A DNA stretch of 51,108 nucleotides, from contig JBMHDP010000068.1 in NCBI GenBank assembly GCA_049889335.1, positions 1-51,108 on the forward strand, written 5' to 3'. Source of the stretch: Planctomycetota bacterium. Lineage in GTDB: Bacteria; Planctomycetota; UBA1135; UBA2386. This document shows positions 40,181 to 49,130 of the stretch, piece after piece. The notes under the pieces are model-generated. The model was given only the letters and a program-made list of their open reading frames with translations. It was not told the origin of the DNA and ran no database searches. Position numbers and translations under genes: made by a program. Within the stretch, counting starts at the first letter, position 1, and each line of letters opens with the position of its first letter.

Positions 40181-41344
40181 TCATCCGATCGAGGGGTTCG
40201 GCGCAGCCTGAACCAGCGCCGCAGCGCGCGCGCGCCCGTCTCTGTCGGCCGCGAACACCGCTTCCAGCGAGTCGACCGCGCCGGTCGGTCGTTCGGCCAA
40301 CACGCGCTGGGAGATGCCCGTGATCTCGGGGAACGAGATCCGGCCGTCGAGGAACGCCGCGGTGGCAACCTCGTCGGCGGCGTTCAGCACGCAGCCCGTG
40401 TCGCCGCCGCGCTCCATCGCTTCGTAGGCGAGCGAGACCGCCGGGTAGCGCGCTGGTTCGAAGGGGAGGAACTCCAGCGAACGCCAGCGGAGCGGGTCGA
40501 AGGGCTGGAAGCCGAACGGGAGCCGCTTCGGGTAACCCAGGCAGAACAAGATCGGGACGCGCATGTCGGGCACGCCGCACTGCGCGAGGATCGACCCGTC
40601 GACGAACTCGACCATCGAGTGCACGATGCTCTGAGGGTGGAGCACGACCTCGATCTCGTCGGCGGGGACGTCGAAGAGCCAGTGGGCCTCGAGGACCTCG
40701 AAGGCCTTGTTCATCATCGTGGCGCTGCCGATCGTGATCCTCGGCCCCATCTTCCACGTCGGGTGCTGCAGCGCCTCGTCGACGGTGATGTCTCCGAACG
40801 TGCCGAGGTCCCGCTCGCGGAACGGGCCGCCCGAGCCGGTCAACCAGATCTTTCGAGCGGCCTCCGGCTGCTCGCCGTCCAGGCACTGGAAGATCGCGCA
40901 GTGTTCGCTGTCGACGGGCAGGATGGTCGCGCCGCTCGCGCGCGCCAGCGGCATCAGGTACTCGCCGGCCACCACGAGGGACTCCTTGTTGGCCAGCGCG
41001 AGCACGCGGCCTTGGCGAAGCGTCCACTCCGACGCAGCGAGCCCCGCCGCGCCGGTGATCGCGTTGAGGACGGTGTCGGGCGCCGCCTCCGCCAGCGCCG
41101 CCAGCAGCCCGTCGTCGCCCTGGAAGAACGCGGTGTCCGCCGGCAATTCGGGCGCGGCGACCGCGCCCGTCAGGCAGGCCGCCGCGGGGCGGTGCCGCGC
41201 CGCCGCAGCCGCGAGCGCTTCGGTCGACGTGTGGGCCGCGAGCAGGCACACCTCGAAGCGGTCCGGGTGCTCCGCGAGGATGCTCAGGGCCTGGCTCCCG
41301 ACGGAGCCCGTGCAGCCCAGGATGGCGATGCGACGCTTGGACAC
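40181..41344 (-). CDS. dxr: 1-deoxy-D-xylulose-5-phosphate reductoisomerase
   Basis: 387 aa with a GTG start. Motifs: RRIAILGCTGSVGSQAL, LANKESLV, PVDSEH, and HPQSIVHSMVEF. Confidence 0.95.
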   Translation of the reverse strand: MSKRRIAILGCTGSVGSQALSILAEHPDRFEVCLLAAHTSTEALAAAAARHRPAAACLTGAVAAPELPADTAFFQGDDGLLAALAEAAPDTVLNAITGAAGLAASEWTLRQGRVLALANKESLVVAGEYLMPLARASGATILPVDSEHCAIFQCLDGEQPEAARKIWLTGSGGPFRERDLGTFGDITVDEALQHPTWKMGPRITIGSATMMNKAFEVLEAHWLFDVPADEIEVVLHPQSIVHSMVEFVDGSILAQCGVPDMRVPILFCLGYPKRLPFGFQPFDPLRWRSLEFLPFEPARYPAVSLAYEAMERGGDTGCVLNAADEVATAAFLDGRISFPEITGISQRVLAERPTGAVDSLEAVFAADRDGRARAAALVQAAPNPSIG

Positions 41345-41371
41345 GGGGCGCGATCATGGGCGTCGCGCCCC
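41345..41371 (-). promoter_or_regulatory. GC-rich hairpin abutting the dxr start codon
   Basis: A 9-bp perfect stem, GGGGCGCGA (41345-41353) paired with TCGCGCCCC (41363-41371), encloses a 9-nt loop. On the minus strand the 3' arm ends immediately before the GTG start (41344). Confidence 0.3.
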
Positions 41372-41516
41372 GCCGATTGCAACCTCGCTCGGAGCATCGA
41401 CGCAGACAAGGTTGCCGAGAGGCGGGCGGGCGCGGATGATGCGCGAGAGGCGTGGACAGGCCACGCTCGAGAAAACGTCAACCGGCGCGCAGTCCGCCGG
41501 CCGGAGCGCAGCTATC

Positions 41517-42557
41517 GTGAGTGAAGCACAATCCGCGTACCGCCGCGCGGGCGTCGACATCGACAAGAAGTATGCGGCCGTGACGGGGTCGACGGACGCG
41601 ATCCGCCGAACCTACACCGCAGGGGTCGTCGGCGACGTCGGCGCCTTCGGCGGCCTGTTCGACCTGGAGCGCGCCGGCGTCGCGGGCCAGCTGATGGTCG
41701 CCTCGACCGACGGCGTCGGCACGAAGGTGATGATCGCCGCCCAGCGCGGCCAGATGGGCTCGGTCGGCGAGGACCTCGTCAACCACTGCGTCGACGACAT
41801 CCTCGTTCAGGGCGCGCGGCCGCTGTTCTTCCTCGACTACATCGCGATGTCGCAGATGGCCCCGGACCGCGTCCAGCAGATCATCGGCGGGCTCGCCAAG
41901 GCGTGCGGCGAGAACGGCTGCGCGCTCCTGGGCGGGGAGACGGCGGAGATGCCGGGGGTCTACCGCGACGGAGAAGTCGACGTCGCCGGCACGATCGTCG
42001 GCGCGGTCCGCCGAGAGCGCCTGCTCGACGGCGCCGGGATCCAGGCAGGGGACCAGCTGATCGGCCTGCCGAGCTCGGGGCTGCACACCAACGGCTACAG
42101 CCTCGCTCGTCAGGTCCTGTTCGCCGACGCCGGCTTCGGCCTCGAGGACACCCCGGACGAGCTCGACGGGGCCTCGGTCGGAGACGCGCTGCTGGCCGTC
42201 CACAAGAGCTATCTGGGCGCCGCCGGGCCGCTGGTCGACCAGGGCCTGCTGCAGGGGATGGCGCACATCACCGGCGGCGGCCTCCCGGACAACGTCCCGC
42301 GGGTGCTCCCGGACGGTACGAGCGTTCGGATCGAGGTCGGCGCGATCCCGCGCTCGCCCATCTGTGAGCTGATCGTCGCGCGCGGCGGCGTCGCGCGTGA
42401 CGAGGCCTACCGGGTGCTCAACATGGGGATCGGGATGGTGCTGTTCGCGCGCCCGGGCGACGTCGACGCCGTTCTCAGCGGCTGCCGCGCGGCAGGCGAG
42501 CACCCCTTCCTGGTCGGGGAGGTCGTCGCCGGCGAGAAGCAGGTGAATCTGGTGTGA
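41517..42557 (+). CDS. purM: phosphoribosylformylglycinamidine cyclo-ligase (AIR synthetase)
   Basis: 346 aa, counted from the GTG at 41517; upstream in-frame ATGs near 41436 would add about 27 aa. Motifs: YRRAGVDID, STDGVGTK, DDILVQGARPLFFLDY, and GGETAEMPG. Confidence 0.9.
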   Translation: MSEAQSAYRRAGVDIDKKYAAVTGSTDAIRRTYTAGVVGDVGAFGGLFDLERAGVAGQLMVASTDGVGTKVMIAAQRGQMGSVGEDLVNHCVDDILVQGARPLFFLDYIAMSQMAPDRVQQIIGGLAKACGENGCALLGGETAEMPGVYRDGEVDVAGTIVGAVRRERLLDGAGIQAGDQLIGLPSSGLHTNGYSLARQVLFADAGFGLEDTPDELDGASVGDALLAVHKSYLGAAGPLVDQGLLQGMAHITGGGLPDNVPRVLPDGTSVRIEVGAIPRSPICELIVARGGVARDEAYRVLNMGIGMVLFARPGDVDAVLSGCRAAGEHPFLVGEVVAGEKQVNLV

Positions 42558-43471
42558 GTGCGCGCGTCGCCGTCCTCTGGGCAGGTGCTGCAGCCGGTCT
42601 CTGCGCGCACATGTCGGCGCAGCAGGACCCGGCGCTGGTGGCGGCCTTCGACGCCGCGGCGCAGGCATATCGGGCAGCCGAACCGGCGCAGCGAGCTGTG
42701 CGCGCGGCCGCGGCGAGCAGCGCGTTCTTGCGATTGCCAGAGGGGAGCGCGCGCGCGCAGCGGCTGCGGGTCGGGGCCGAGGCGACGCTGGACGCCGGCC
42801 GCGTCGAGCTCGCGCTGCGCCTGACCGCGCCGTCGCCGAACGGAGCGCTCCCCGAAGGCCTGCTGACCGTGCACCTCCGCGCGCTCGCGCGCGCGGGTCG
42901 GCTCCGTGAGCTGTATCGCCTCGTCGAGCAGCGCGATGCGTCGAGCCCTGCCGAGGTCGCGGCGGCGCTGCGGGCGGAGGAGGCGCGGCTGTTGCCGCTC
43001 GCCGCCGGCGCGCTGCGCGGACCCGATCGCCCGGTCGGCCGCGGCGTGTTCGAGCGGCTGCACGCGCTCGAGCCGTTCCGGTCCTACCGCGCCGCCAACC
43101 TCGGCCTCTGTCTCCGGCAGATCGGGGACCTCGAGAGCGCGGAGCGCGTCTACCGAGCGGGGCTCGCGCGGGCGCCGGAGGACCTGGAGCTGTGGAACGA
43201 CTTCGGCCTGCTGCTGCGGGCGAGCGGCCGCCGCGCGGAGGCGCTCGCGGCCTTCCGCGAGAGCGTGCGGCTTGACCTCGCGCGGCCTGCGGCAGCGCGC
43301 GCCAAAGGGCCCGCGATCACCAACCTCGTGCACATGGAGGCGCTGGAGCCCGGGGCTGCCGGCGCCGACCCGATCCCGACGGCGCTGCGCTCGCTAGCGC
43401 AGCGGCCCGACGCGATCATGCTGCGGCGCGTGACGCTCGACGTGCTGCTGGACCGGGCGCTGCCGCGCTAG
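42554..43471 (+). CDS. secreted TPR-repeat protein
   Basis: 305 aa. The GTG start overlaps the purM stop (GTGA). It has a signal-like N-terminus and TPR-like helical pairs (e.g. ESAERVYRAGLARAPEDLELWNDFGLLLRASGRRAEALAAFRESVRLD). Confidence 0.6.
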   Translation: MSARVAVLWAGAAAGLCAHMSAQQDPALVAAFDAAAQAYRAAEPAQRAVRAAAASSAFLRLPEGSARAQRLRVGAEATLDAGRVELALRLTAPSPNGALPEGLLTVHLRALARAGRLRELYRLVEQRDASSPAEVAAALRAEEARLLPLAAGALRGPDRPVGRGVFERLHALEPFRSYRAANLGLCLRQIGDLESAERVYRAGLARAPEDLELWNDFGLLLRASGRRAEALAAFRESVRLDLARPAAARAKGPAITNLVHMEALEPGAAGADPIPTALRSLAQRPDAIMLRRVTLDVLLDRALPR

Positions 43472-43515
43472 CCCGGCTCGTCTCTCTGGCGGTGGCCGCG
43501 CGATCCGCTGCCGGG

Positions 43516-43521
43516 TAGCAT
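43516..43521 (+). promoter_or_regulatory. candidate -10 hexamer TAGCAT in the 137-bp intergenic region upstream of the Lys-rich secreted protein gene
   Basis: The context is CCGGGTAGCATCGGGG, 87 nt upstream of the ATG at 43609, which has its own AAGGA ribosome-binding site. Confidence 0.25.
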
Positions 43522-43608
43522 CGGGGACCGCGGAGGGTCGCGCGGCGCGGTGCGTCGTGTGCCCCGCAGCCCGAGACCCACCCAAGGACTGGAATCCAAG
43601 GACCCCTC

Positions 43609-45000
43609 ATGTTCGTAGCCGCCTCGTTGAGCTTGCTCCTCGCCGCCGTCCCTCAAGCGCAGGGTGGCGGCAAGCCCATCCTCAACGCCCGCGACCAGAA
43701 GACCCTGGCCGACAAGCTGAAGAAGTACCTGGCCGCCGAGATCGCCTACGACCAGGCGGAGGGCCGGGCGCGCGAGAAGACCGGCAAGGCTCGCCGGAAG
43801 GCCAAGGAGGCCTTCAACGACGCGTGGGAGAACGCGGAGAAGAAGGGCGAGGTGCTGGGTTCGATGGCGGACCTCAACGCGATCTACCACAACTGCTTCA
43901 CGCCCAAGAAGCCGTCACACGGCAAGGGCAAGCTCTACCCGCAGTCGATGGGCTCGGGCTCCGACATGAAGTGGGGGATCTTCGTCCCCAAGAAGTATCG
44001 GGAGAAGTCGCCGTGGCCCGCCATCGTGGCCCTGCCGGACGGCGAGTCCGGCACGTGGGTGAAGCCTGCCGAGCACTTCAAGAACACGTGGGAGGGCTCG
44101 CCGATGATGGCGAGCCACGTCGTGCACATCCCGGTGATCCCGCAGGGGCTCGAGCTCGACCCGGTGCCGGACTACAGCAAGGACGGCGCGGAGAAGGACG
44201 AAGACAGCCGCAACCGCACCGTGCTCGGCACCCTGGGCTTCGTGCTCAACAACTACAACATCGAGCGGGACCAGGTCTTCCTCGACTGCGGCCGTGAGGC
44301 CTGCGGCTACGGCATGCGGCTCGCGTCGCTGTTCCCGGACCGGTTCGCGGGGATCGTCCTCCGGGACGCGGTCGCCGTCGACGAGCTCCGGCTCGGCGCG
44401 CTGAGCAACCTGCCGATCCTGATGCTCAAGAGCGCGGACAACGCGCAGGCCGTCGACGCGCTGAAGGTGCGCCTCGACGAGTCGTGCCCCGGGATGGCGA
44501 CCGTGATCGACGCCAAGGGTGCCGCGCCGCACCTCGACTCCGCAGCGGACATCCTCGCGTGGATGAGTGAGCAGAAGCGCGTGATGGCGCCGAGCAAGGT
44601 GGTCTTGGAGCCCAACCACGACCGGTTCAAGAAGGCATACTGGGTCAACATCCACGTCGCGGAGTCGCTGCTGACGACCACCGGCGACGACCAGCCGCGC
44701 CTGGAGGTGGAGGCAGACCGTGAGCAGAACCGGATCACGGTCGAGGCGAAGAGCGTCGAGCGCTTCGAGCTGCTGCTGAACGACGACCTGGTCGACCTCA
44801 GCAAGGAGTTCACCATCGTCGTCAACGGTCGGGCCGTGCAGGAGACCCGGCGGCGCTCGTTCCGGGACATGCACAACCGCATGGTCACGCGCAACGACTG
44901 GGGTTACCTGTTCCCGGTCCGGTACGTCACCACGGTGCCGAAGGAGGCCGACAAGGAGTCGGCTGAGGACAAGGGCGCCGACGACAAGGCCCCCGAGTAG
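43609..45000 (+). CDS. Lys-rich secreted protein, possible alpha/beta-hydrolase (carboxylesterase-like) fold without an obvious nucleophile Ser
   Basis: 463 aa with a signal peptide (MFVAASLSLLLAAVPQAQG). AAGGA lies upstream of the ATG. Segment order resembles a carboxylesterase (PAIVALPDGE...; RDQVFLDCGREACGYGMRLASLFPDRFAGIV; LPILMLKSADN; APHLDSAADILAWM). The fold assignment is tentative. Confidence 0.55.
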   Translation: MFVAASLSLLLAAVPQAQGGGKPILNARDQKTLADKLKKYLAAEIAYDQAEGRAREKTGKARRKAKEAFNDAWENAEKKGEVLGSMADLNAIYHNCFTPKKPSHGKGKLYPQSMGSGSDMKWGIFVPKKYREKSPWPAIVALPDGESGTWVKPAEHFKNTWEGSPMMASHVVHIPVIPQGLELDPVPDYSKDGAEKDEDSRNRTVLGTLGFVLNNYNIERDQVFLDCGREACGYGMRLASLFPDRFAGIVLRDAVAVDELRLGALSNLPILMLKSADNAQAVDALKVRLDESCPGMATVIDAKGAAPHLDSAADILAWMSEQKRVMAPSKVVLEPNHDRFKKAYWVNIHVAESLLTTTGDDQPRLEVEADREQNRITVEAKSVERFELLLNDDLVDLSKEFTIVVNGRAVQETRRRSFRDMHNRMVTRNDWGYLFPVRYVTTVPKEADKESAEDKGADDKAPE

Positions 45001-47018
45001 TGGCGCCGTCTGGAGGGGCCGCAAGCGGCGCGCCCTCGGGCATCGCGGGCGCGTCCGGGCTGTCGACGCCGCGCGCGGTCCTCGCTGCGGGCGCCACCGG
45101 CTTCGGCGTGATGGCCGCCGAGCTGACCGCGGTGCGGTTGCTGGCGCCTCACTTTGGCGACAGCGCCTACGTCTGGACCAACGTGATCGGCGTCATCCTG
45201 GCGGCGATGGCGCTCGGCGCGGCGCTCGGCGGGAGGCTCAGCGCGCGGGAGCAGGCGCACCGCTGGCCTCGGCGACTGCTCCTGGCCGGCGCAGGGCTGC
45301 TCGCCGCCGCGCCGTTCGTGGCCGGCTGGTGCGGGGGCGCGCTGGGTCTCGGGGAGCTGCCGCTCGACGCCGCGATGCCCGCGTTGATCCGCGGCTCGTT
45401 CGTCGTCAGCGCGCTGGTGTTCGCGCCGCCGATGCTGCTGCTCGCGGCGGTCTCGCCGGTGCTGGTCGTGCTCTTGGCGCAGCGCGGGGTCAAGCTCGGT
45501 AGGGCCGCTGGGGACCTCGCCGCCGCGGGCACGCTGGGCAGCCTCCTCGGGACCTTCCTGGCGACCCACGTGCTGGTCCCCGAGCTCGGCTGTCGGCTGT
45601 CCCTGGTCGTCGCGGCCGTCGTGCTCGCGCTCGCCGGCGTCGTCGCGGGGCCGACGCGCGGGATGCGCGCCGCTGCCTTCGCTGCCGTGGGTGTCGGCAT
45701 CACGGGGGCGCTCCACTCCGGCCCGCTGCGGGCGCCGCCGCCGGGCGTAGAGCTGCTCGCCGAGCGGGAGACGCCCTACCAGCTGCTGCAGGTCCAGCGT
45801 CGCGTGACGCCTGAGGACACGCGGGTGACGTTGGTCATCAACGAGGGGCTGGACTCCTTCCACTCTATGGCCCTGGAGGGCTCCGCCTTGACGGGCGGCA
45901 ACTACTACGACTGGCACGCGCTCGCGCCGCTGCTGGCCGCTGACGGCGGCGAGCTGAGCGAGGTGCGCGTGGCTTCGATCGGGGACGCCGCGGGCACGCT
46001 GCGCCAGGTCTACGCGGCGATCCACCCCGGCGTGCCCGTCGACGCGGTGGACATCGACGGCGCAACCATGGCGCTGGGTGACGAGTTCTGGCGCGCGCCC
46101 AAGGCGGCCGGGCGACGCTACGCGATGGACGGGCGCCAGTTCGTGCGGCACGCGACGGAGCGCTGGCACGTCCTACACGTCGACGCCTACGCGCACCAGG
46201 TCTACGTGCCAGCGCACCTCGCGAGCGTTGAGTTCTTCGAGGACGCCTGCGCGCGGCTGGTCGACGGCGGCGTGATCGCGTGCAACGTCGGCGCCCTGTC
46301 GCTGGACGACCCGGTGCTGGGCGCCGTGGTCGGGACGATGGAGCAGGTCTTCGACGACGTCGCCGTCCTGCTGGTCCCACGGACCCGGAACGCGCTCGTC
46401 GTGGGTCGCCGCGGCAGGGCCGTGGACCCGTCGGTGCTCCACCCGTCGCGCGCGCTCGAGGTCGACCGCGCGGAGGCGCTGGGACCCGAAGACGAGCGCG
46501 CCTGGCGCGCGCTGCTCGAGCACGCGTCGGAGCCGGAGCGCTGGCATCGGCTGGCTTCCGCCGGCCCCGTGCTGTCGGACGACCGCCCCGTCCTCGACGA
46601 GCTGCTGCTGGACAGCTACCTGGACCGCGCGGACCCCGCACGAACGGTCGAGGCCGCCGGGTCGCGGGGCCTCGCCGACGTCGAACAGGCTGCGTTCGAG
46701 GCCAACCAGCGCGGAGACTGGACCGGAGCGCTGGCGGCGGTCGCCGAAGGGCAGCAGGCGTCCCCGTTCTCGCGCCTGCAGGCGGGGGACGCGCGGTGGA
46801 ACCTGCGCCACCTGAAGAGCGCAGCGGCCGAGTACCGCGCGGCGCTGCAGGGCGCGAGCGACGAGCTGCGGCCCGTGCTCGAAGGGCGTCTACAGGGCCT
46901 CGATCAGGAGCTGCTGCCGGTCCTCGCGGCGGAGCGCGCGGCGGCCCGGCTCGGCTGGCTGAGCGCGCTGGCGGTCGCGGTCGGCGTCGGGGCCGCCCTC
47001 GGGCTGCGGCGCTGCTGA
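45000..47018 (+). CDS. membrane-fused spermidine-synthase-like (aminopropyl/methyltransferase fold) protein with a C-terminal TPR-like region
   Basis: 672 aa. The GTG start overlaps the upstream TAG by 1 nt. About seven N-terminal TM helices are followed by spermidine-synthase-like motifs (ETPYQLLQV, VASIGDAAGT, VDAVDIDGATMALG, HVLHVDAY...VPAHLASVEFF, GGVIACNV). It ends with a helical repeat region and a terminal TM segment. Confidence 0.7.
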   Translation: MAPSGGAASGAPSGIAGASGLSTPRAVLAAGATGFGVMAAELTAVRLLAPHFGDSAYVWTNVIGVILAAMALGAALGGRLSAREQAHRWPRRLLLAGAGLLAAAPFVAGWCGGALGLGELPLDAAMPALIRGSFVVSALVFAPPMLLLAAVSPVLVVLLAQRGVKLGRAAGDLAAAGTLGSLLGTFLATHVLVPELGCRLSLVVAAVVLALAGVVAGPTRGMRAAAFAAVGVGITGALHSGPLRAPPPGVELLAERETPYQLLQVQRRVTPEDTRVTLVINEGLDSFHSMALEGSALTGGNYYDWHALAPLLAADGGELSEVRVASIGDAAGTLRQVYAAIHPGVPVDAVDIDGATMALGDEFWRAPKAAGRRYAMDGRQFVRHATERWHVLHVDAYAHQVYVPAHLASVEFFEDACARLVDGGVIACNVGALSLDDPVLGAVVGTMEQVFDDVAVLLVPRTRNALVVGRRGRAVDPSVLHPSRALEVDRAEALGPEDERAWRALLEHASEPERWHRLASAGPVLSDDRPVLDELLLDSYLDRADPARTVEAAGSRGLADVEQAAFEANQRGDWTGALAAVAEGQQASPFSRLQAGDARWNLRHLKSAAAEYRAALQGASDELRPVLEGRLQGLDQELLPVLAAERAAARLGWLSALAVAVGVGAALGLRRC

Positions 47019-47027
47019 GCGAGCCAG

Positions 47028-49085
47028 CTAGAGGAGGTCGAGGATGCCGGCGGCGCCGTCCGTGAGCGTCTCCGTGGCCGCGCGGTAGTTGATCTGCGTC
47101 GCATAGGCCGCGTTCCAGGGGAGCGCGTCCTTGTCGCAGACGCCGCCGAGCGCGACCGCGGCGAACGCGCGCGAGAGCGGCGTCGCGTCGCGGTCTGCGG
47201 CCAAGCGTCGGAGCGCCGGCAGGCAGCGACGGTCGCCGATCTGCCCCAGCGCCGCCGCGGTCGCCGACAGCCGCGCGACGCTGCGGCCGCTGCCCTGGAG
47301 CTCTGCGACGAGCTGTTCGGTCAGGGTGTGGTCTCCCAGCAGGCCGAGGGCGCGCACGGTCTGAAGGAGCACGAAGGGGCGGCGGGTCGCCTGGGTGCGC
47401 AGCACGCGGAGGTCCGGGATCGCGCGGTGGTCCTGCAGTAGCCCGAGCGAGAGCGCGACGTAGCCGGCGACCGCGTCGCGCTTGCGGTGCTCGATCAGCC
47501 GCTGGCGGAGCGTGTCCTTGACGTCAGCGGCGCCGGCGAGGCCGAGGCTGACGGCGATCGCGCCGACCGTGCTCGGGTTGCGCGCCCCGCGAAACTGCCG
47601 CGACAGGGCGTCGGTCACGAGGGTGAACACCTCGGCGTCGCGGCCGTCCTGGGTGCCGGCGGCGCGGATGCGCGCAGCGACCACGCCGAGCGCGACGGCG
47701 ATCCACGGCTGCTCCAGCGCCTTGTTGGCGCGAGGTAGCGCGCGGAGCAAGAAGGACCGCGCCCGATCGCCGCCGAGTCGGGCCAGCGCGAGCGCGGCGA
47801 AGGCGCGCGTCTGCTGGTCCCGGTGGTCTCGGAAGACCTCGACGAGCAGGGAGCCTTGGGCGTGCGACGGGCTGTTGTCGTCCGTCCAAGGCGCACACAT
47901 CTCGCCCAGCGCCAGGGCGCAGGACTGTGCGATGTGGTGATTGACCTTGGGGTTGCCGGCGGCGCTCCGGGACCGGAGTCCGGCGCCGAGGTCCTCCGAG
48001 AAGCGCGTCCTCCAGGTGTCGGCGCGCCGCGAATCGCGCTCGCAGACCCGGGCGATGGCGGTCGGGACGTGCGCCTGGATCAGCTGTCGTCCTGCGCCGA
48101 CCTCGCGGTCGTAGTAGGAGCCGAGCGCGTCGAGGACCTCCTGCCGCAGCAGGCTCGCCGCCGGGCCGCGCCAGCCCCGGGGGAACTGGCCCAGCGCCTC
48201 GATCGCGGCGACGACCAGGTTGCGATCGAGGTCACGGGCGTCTGCGACGACCTGGATCAGCGGCCGCACCAGCCGGACGGCGACGGCCGCGCGCCTCGCT
48301 CGGCGAAGCAGCAGGCCCGCGCCAAACGCTGCGAAGGCGCGCGTGCGCACGTTGACGTGGAGCTTGCCGCAGAGGGCCTTGCCGGCGTCGGTCTCCGACA
48401 GCAGGTCGGTCAGAGCGCCGAGGGTTCTGTCGTCGAGGTCGCCGGAGATCCCCAGCGCCAGCGCCGCGGTCTCGCGGAGTTCTTGGTCCCCGCGTCGCAG
48501 CAGCGGCAGCAGGTGCGGCGTCAGCGCGAACCCCGCCCGCGCGGAGCCGATCTTGGCCAGCGCGACGACGCACGCGCTGCTCGTGTCGCGGTCGCGGGTC
48601 TCGGAGAGCAGCGAGGAGAGCTGCGAAGCCACCGCGCGGAGATCCGCGGCGTCGGGAGGCGTCACGGCGGGGCGAGCCCCGGCGAGTCGGGGGTTCCAGA
48701 GCGCCGCCGAGGGGTCTCGGTCGTCTACGCGGTAGAGCGCCTGCCGGAGGTTCAGGAACGGGTCCTTGCCGAACTCCCACCAGAACTCCCAGCGTCCGAG
48801 GTCGTCGCCGACCTGGTAGCCGCGCGCGGCGCCGCTGATCGCCGGACGGGAGGGCCCGACCCGCGCCGCGCCGCCAGCGCTGCCCGCGGTGGCTCCGGCG
48901 CCGGCAGCGGTCGACGGCGGCAGGACGTCGGACGGACCGCGGAAGCCGCCGCTCGACGTCGCCCCGCCGCTGCTGGGCGGGGTCACGTTGCCCGGCCCCC
49001 GATACTGGCCTCCGTGCGCGAGCGCGACAGCGCAGGTCGCGGCCGTGGAGCAGAGGAAGCGGAGCAACGGCGCGAGGGCGGGCAT
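47028..49085 (-). CDS. secreted HEAT-repeat protein, paralog 1 (Arg-rich)
   Basis: 685 aa, counted from the ATG at 49085 (MPALAPLLRFLCSTAATCAVALAHG signal peptide). The ORF-track TTG at 49112 would place the sigma54 element inside the CDS. The protein has a Gly/Ser/Pro-rich linker, a GDDLGRWEFWWEFGKDPF motif, HEAT-like repeats, and a C-terminal NYRAATETLTDGAAGILDLL. It is colinear with the next gene. Confidence 0.7.
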   Translation of the reverse strand: MPALAPLLRFLCSTAATCAVALAHGGQYRGPGNVTPPSSGGATSSGGFRGPSDVLPPSTAAGAGATAGSAGGAARVGPSRPAISGAARGYQVGDDLGRWEFWWEFGKDPFLNLRQALYRVDDRDPSAALWNPRLAGARPAVTPPDAADLRAVASQLSSLLSETRDRDTSSACVVALAKIGSARAGFALTPHLLPLLRRGDQELRETAALALGISGDLDDRTLGALTDLLSETDAGKALCGKLHVNVRTRAFAAFGAGLLLRRARRAAVAVRLVRPLIQVVADARDLDRNLVVAAIEALGQFPRGWRGPAASLLRQEVLDALGSYYDREVGAGRQLIQAHVPTAIARVCERDSRRADTWRTRFSEDLGAGLRSRSAAGNPKVNHHIAQSCALALGEMCAPWTDDNSPSHAQGSLLVEVFRDHRDQQTRAFAALALARLGGDRARSFLLRALPRANKALEQPWIAVALGVVAARIRAAGTQDGRDAEVFTLVTDALSRQFRGARNPSTVGAIAVSLGLAGAADVKDTLRQRLIEHRKRDAVAGYVALSLGLLQDHRAIPDLRVLRTQATRRPFVLLQTVRALGLLGDHTLTEQLVAELQGSGRSVARLSATAAALGQIGDRRCLPALRRLAADRDATPLSRAFAAVALGGVCDKDALPWNAAYATQINYRAATETLTDGAAGILDLL

Positions 49086-49095
49086 GCCCCGAGGA

Positions 49096-49111
49096 TGCAA
49101 GGTGCGTGCCA
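49096..49111 (-). promoter_or_regulatory. sigma54 (RpoN) -24/-12 promoter element
   Basis: The minus strand reads CTTGGCACGCACCTTGCATCC. This is an exact match to TGGCACG-N4-TTGCA. It lies between the terminator-like hairpin and the ATG at 49085. Confidence 0.55.
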
Positions 49112-49130
49112 AGCTCGGGCTTCTAGCGAA

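Noticed and set aside
41436-41516. Upstream in-frame ATGs (MMRERRG...) as the purM start.
   Set aside because: They would add an Arg-rich, non-conserved extension of about 27 aa before the conserved YRRAGVDID N-terminus. The GTG at 41517 gives a canonical-length PurM. Even so, the TATCGT hexamer overlapping that GTG leaves the start uncertain.
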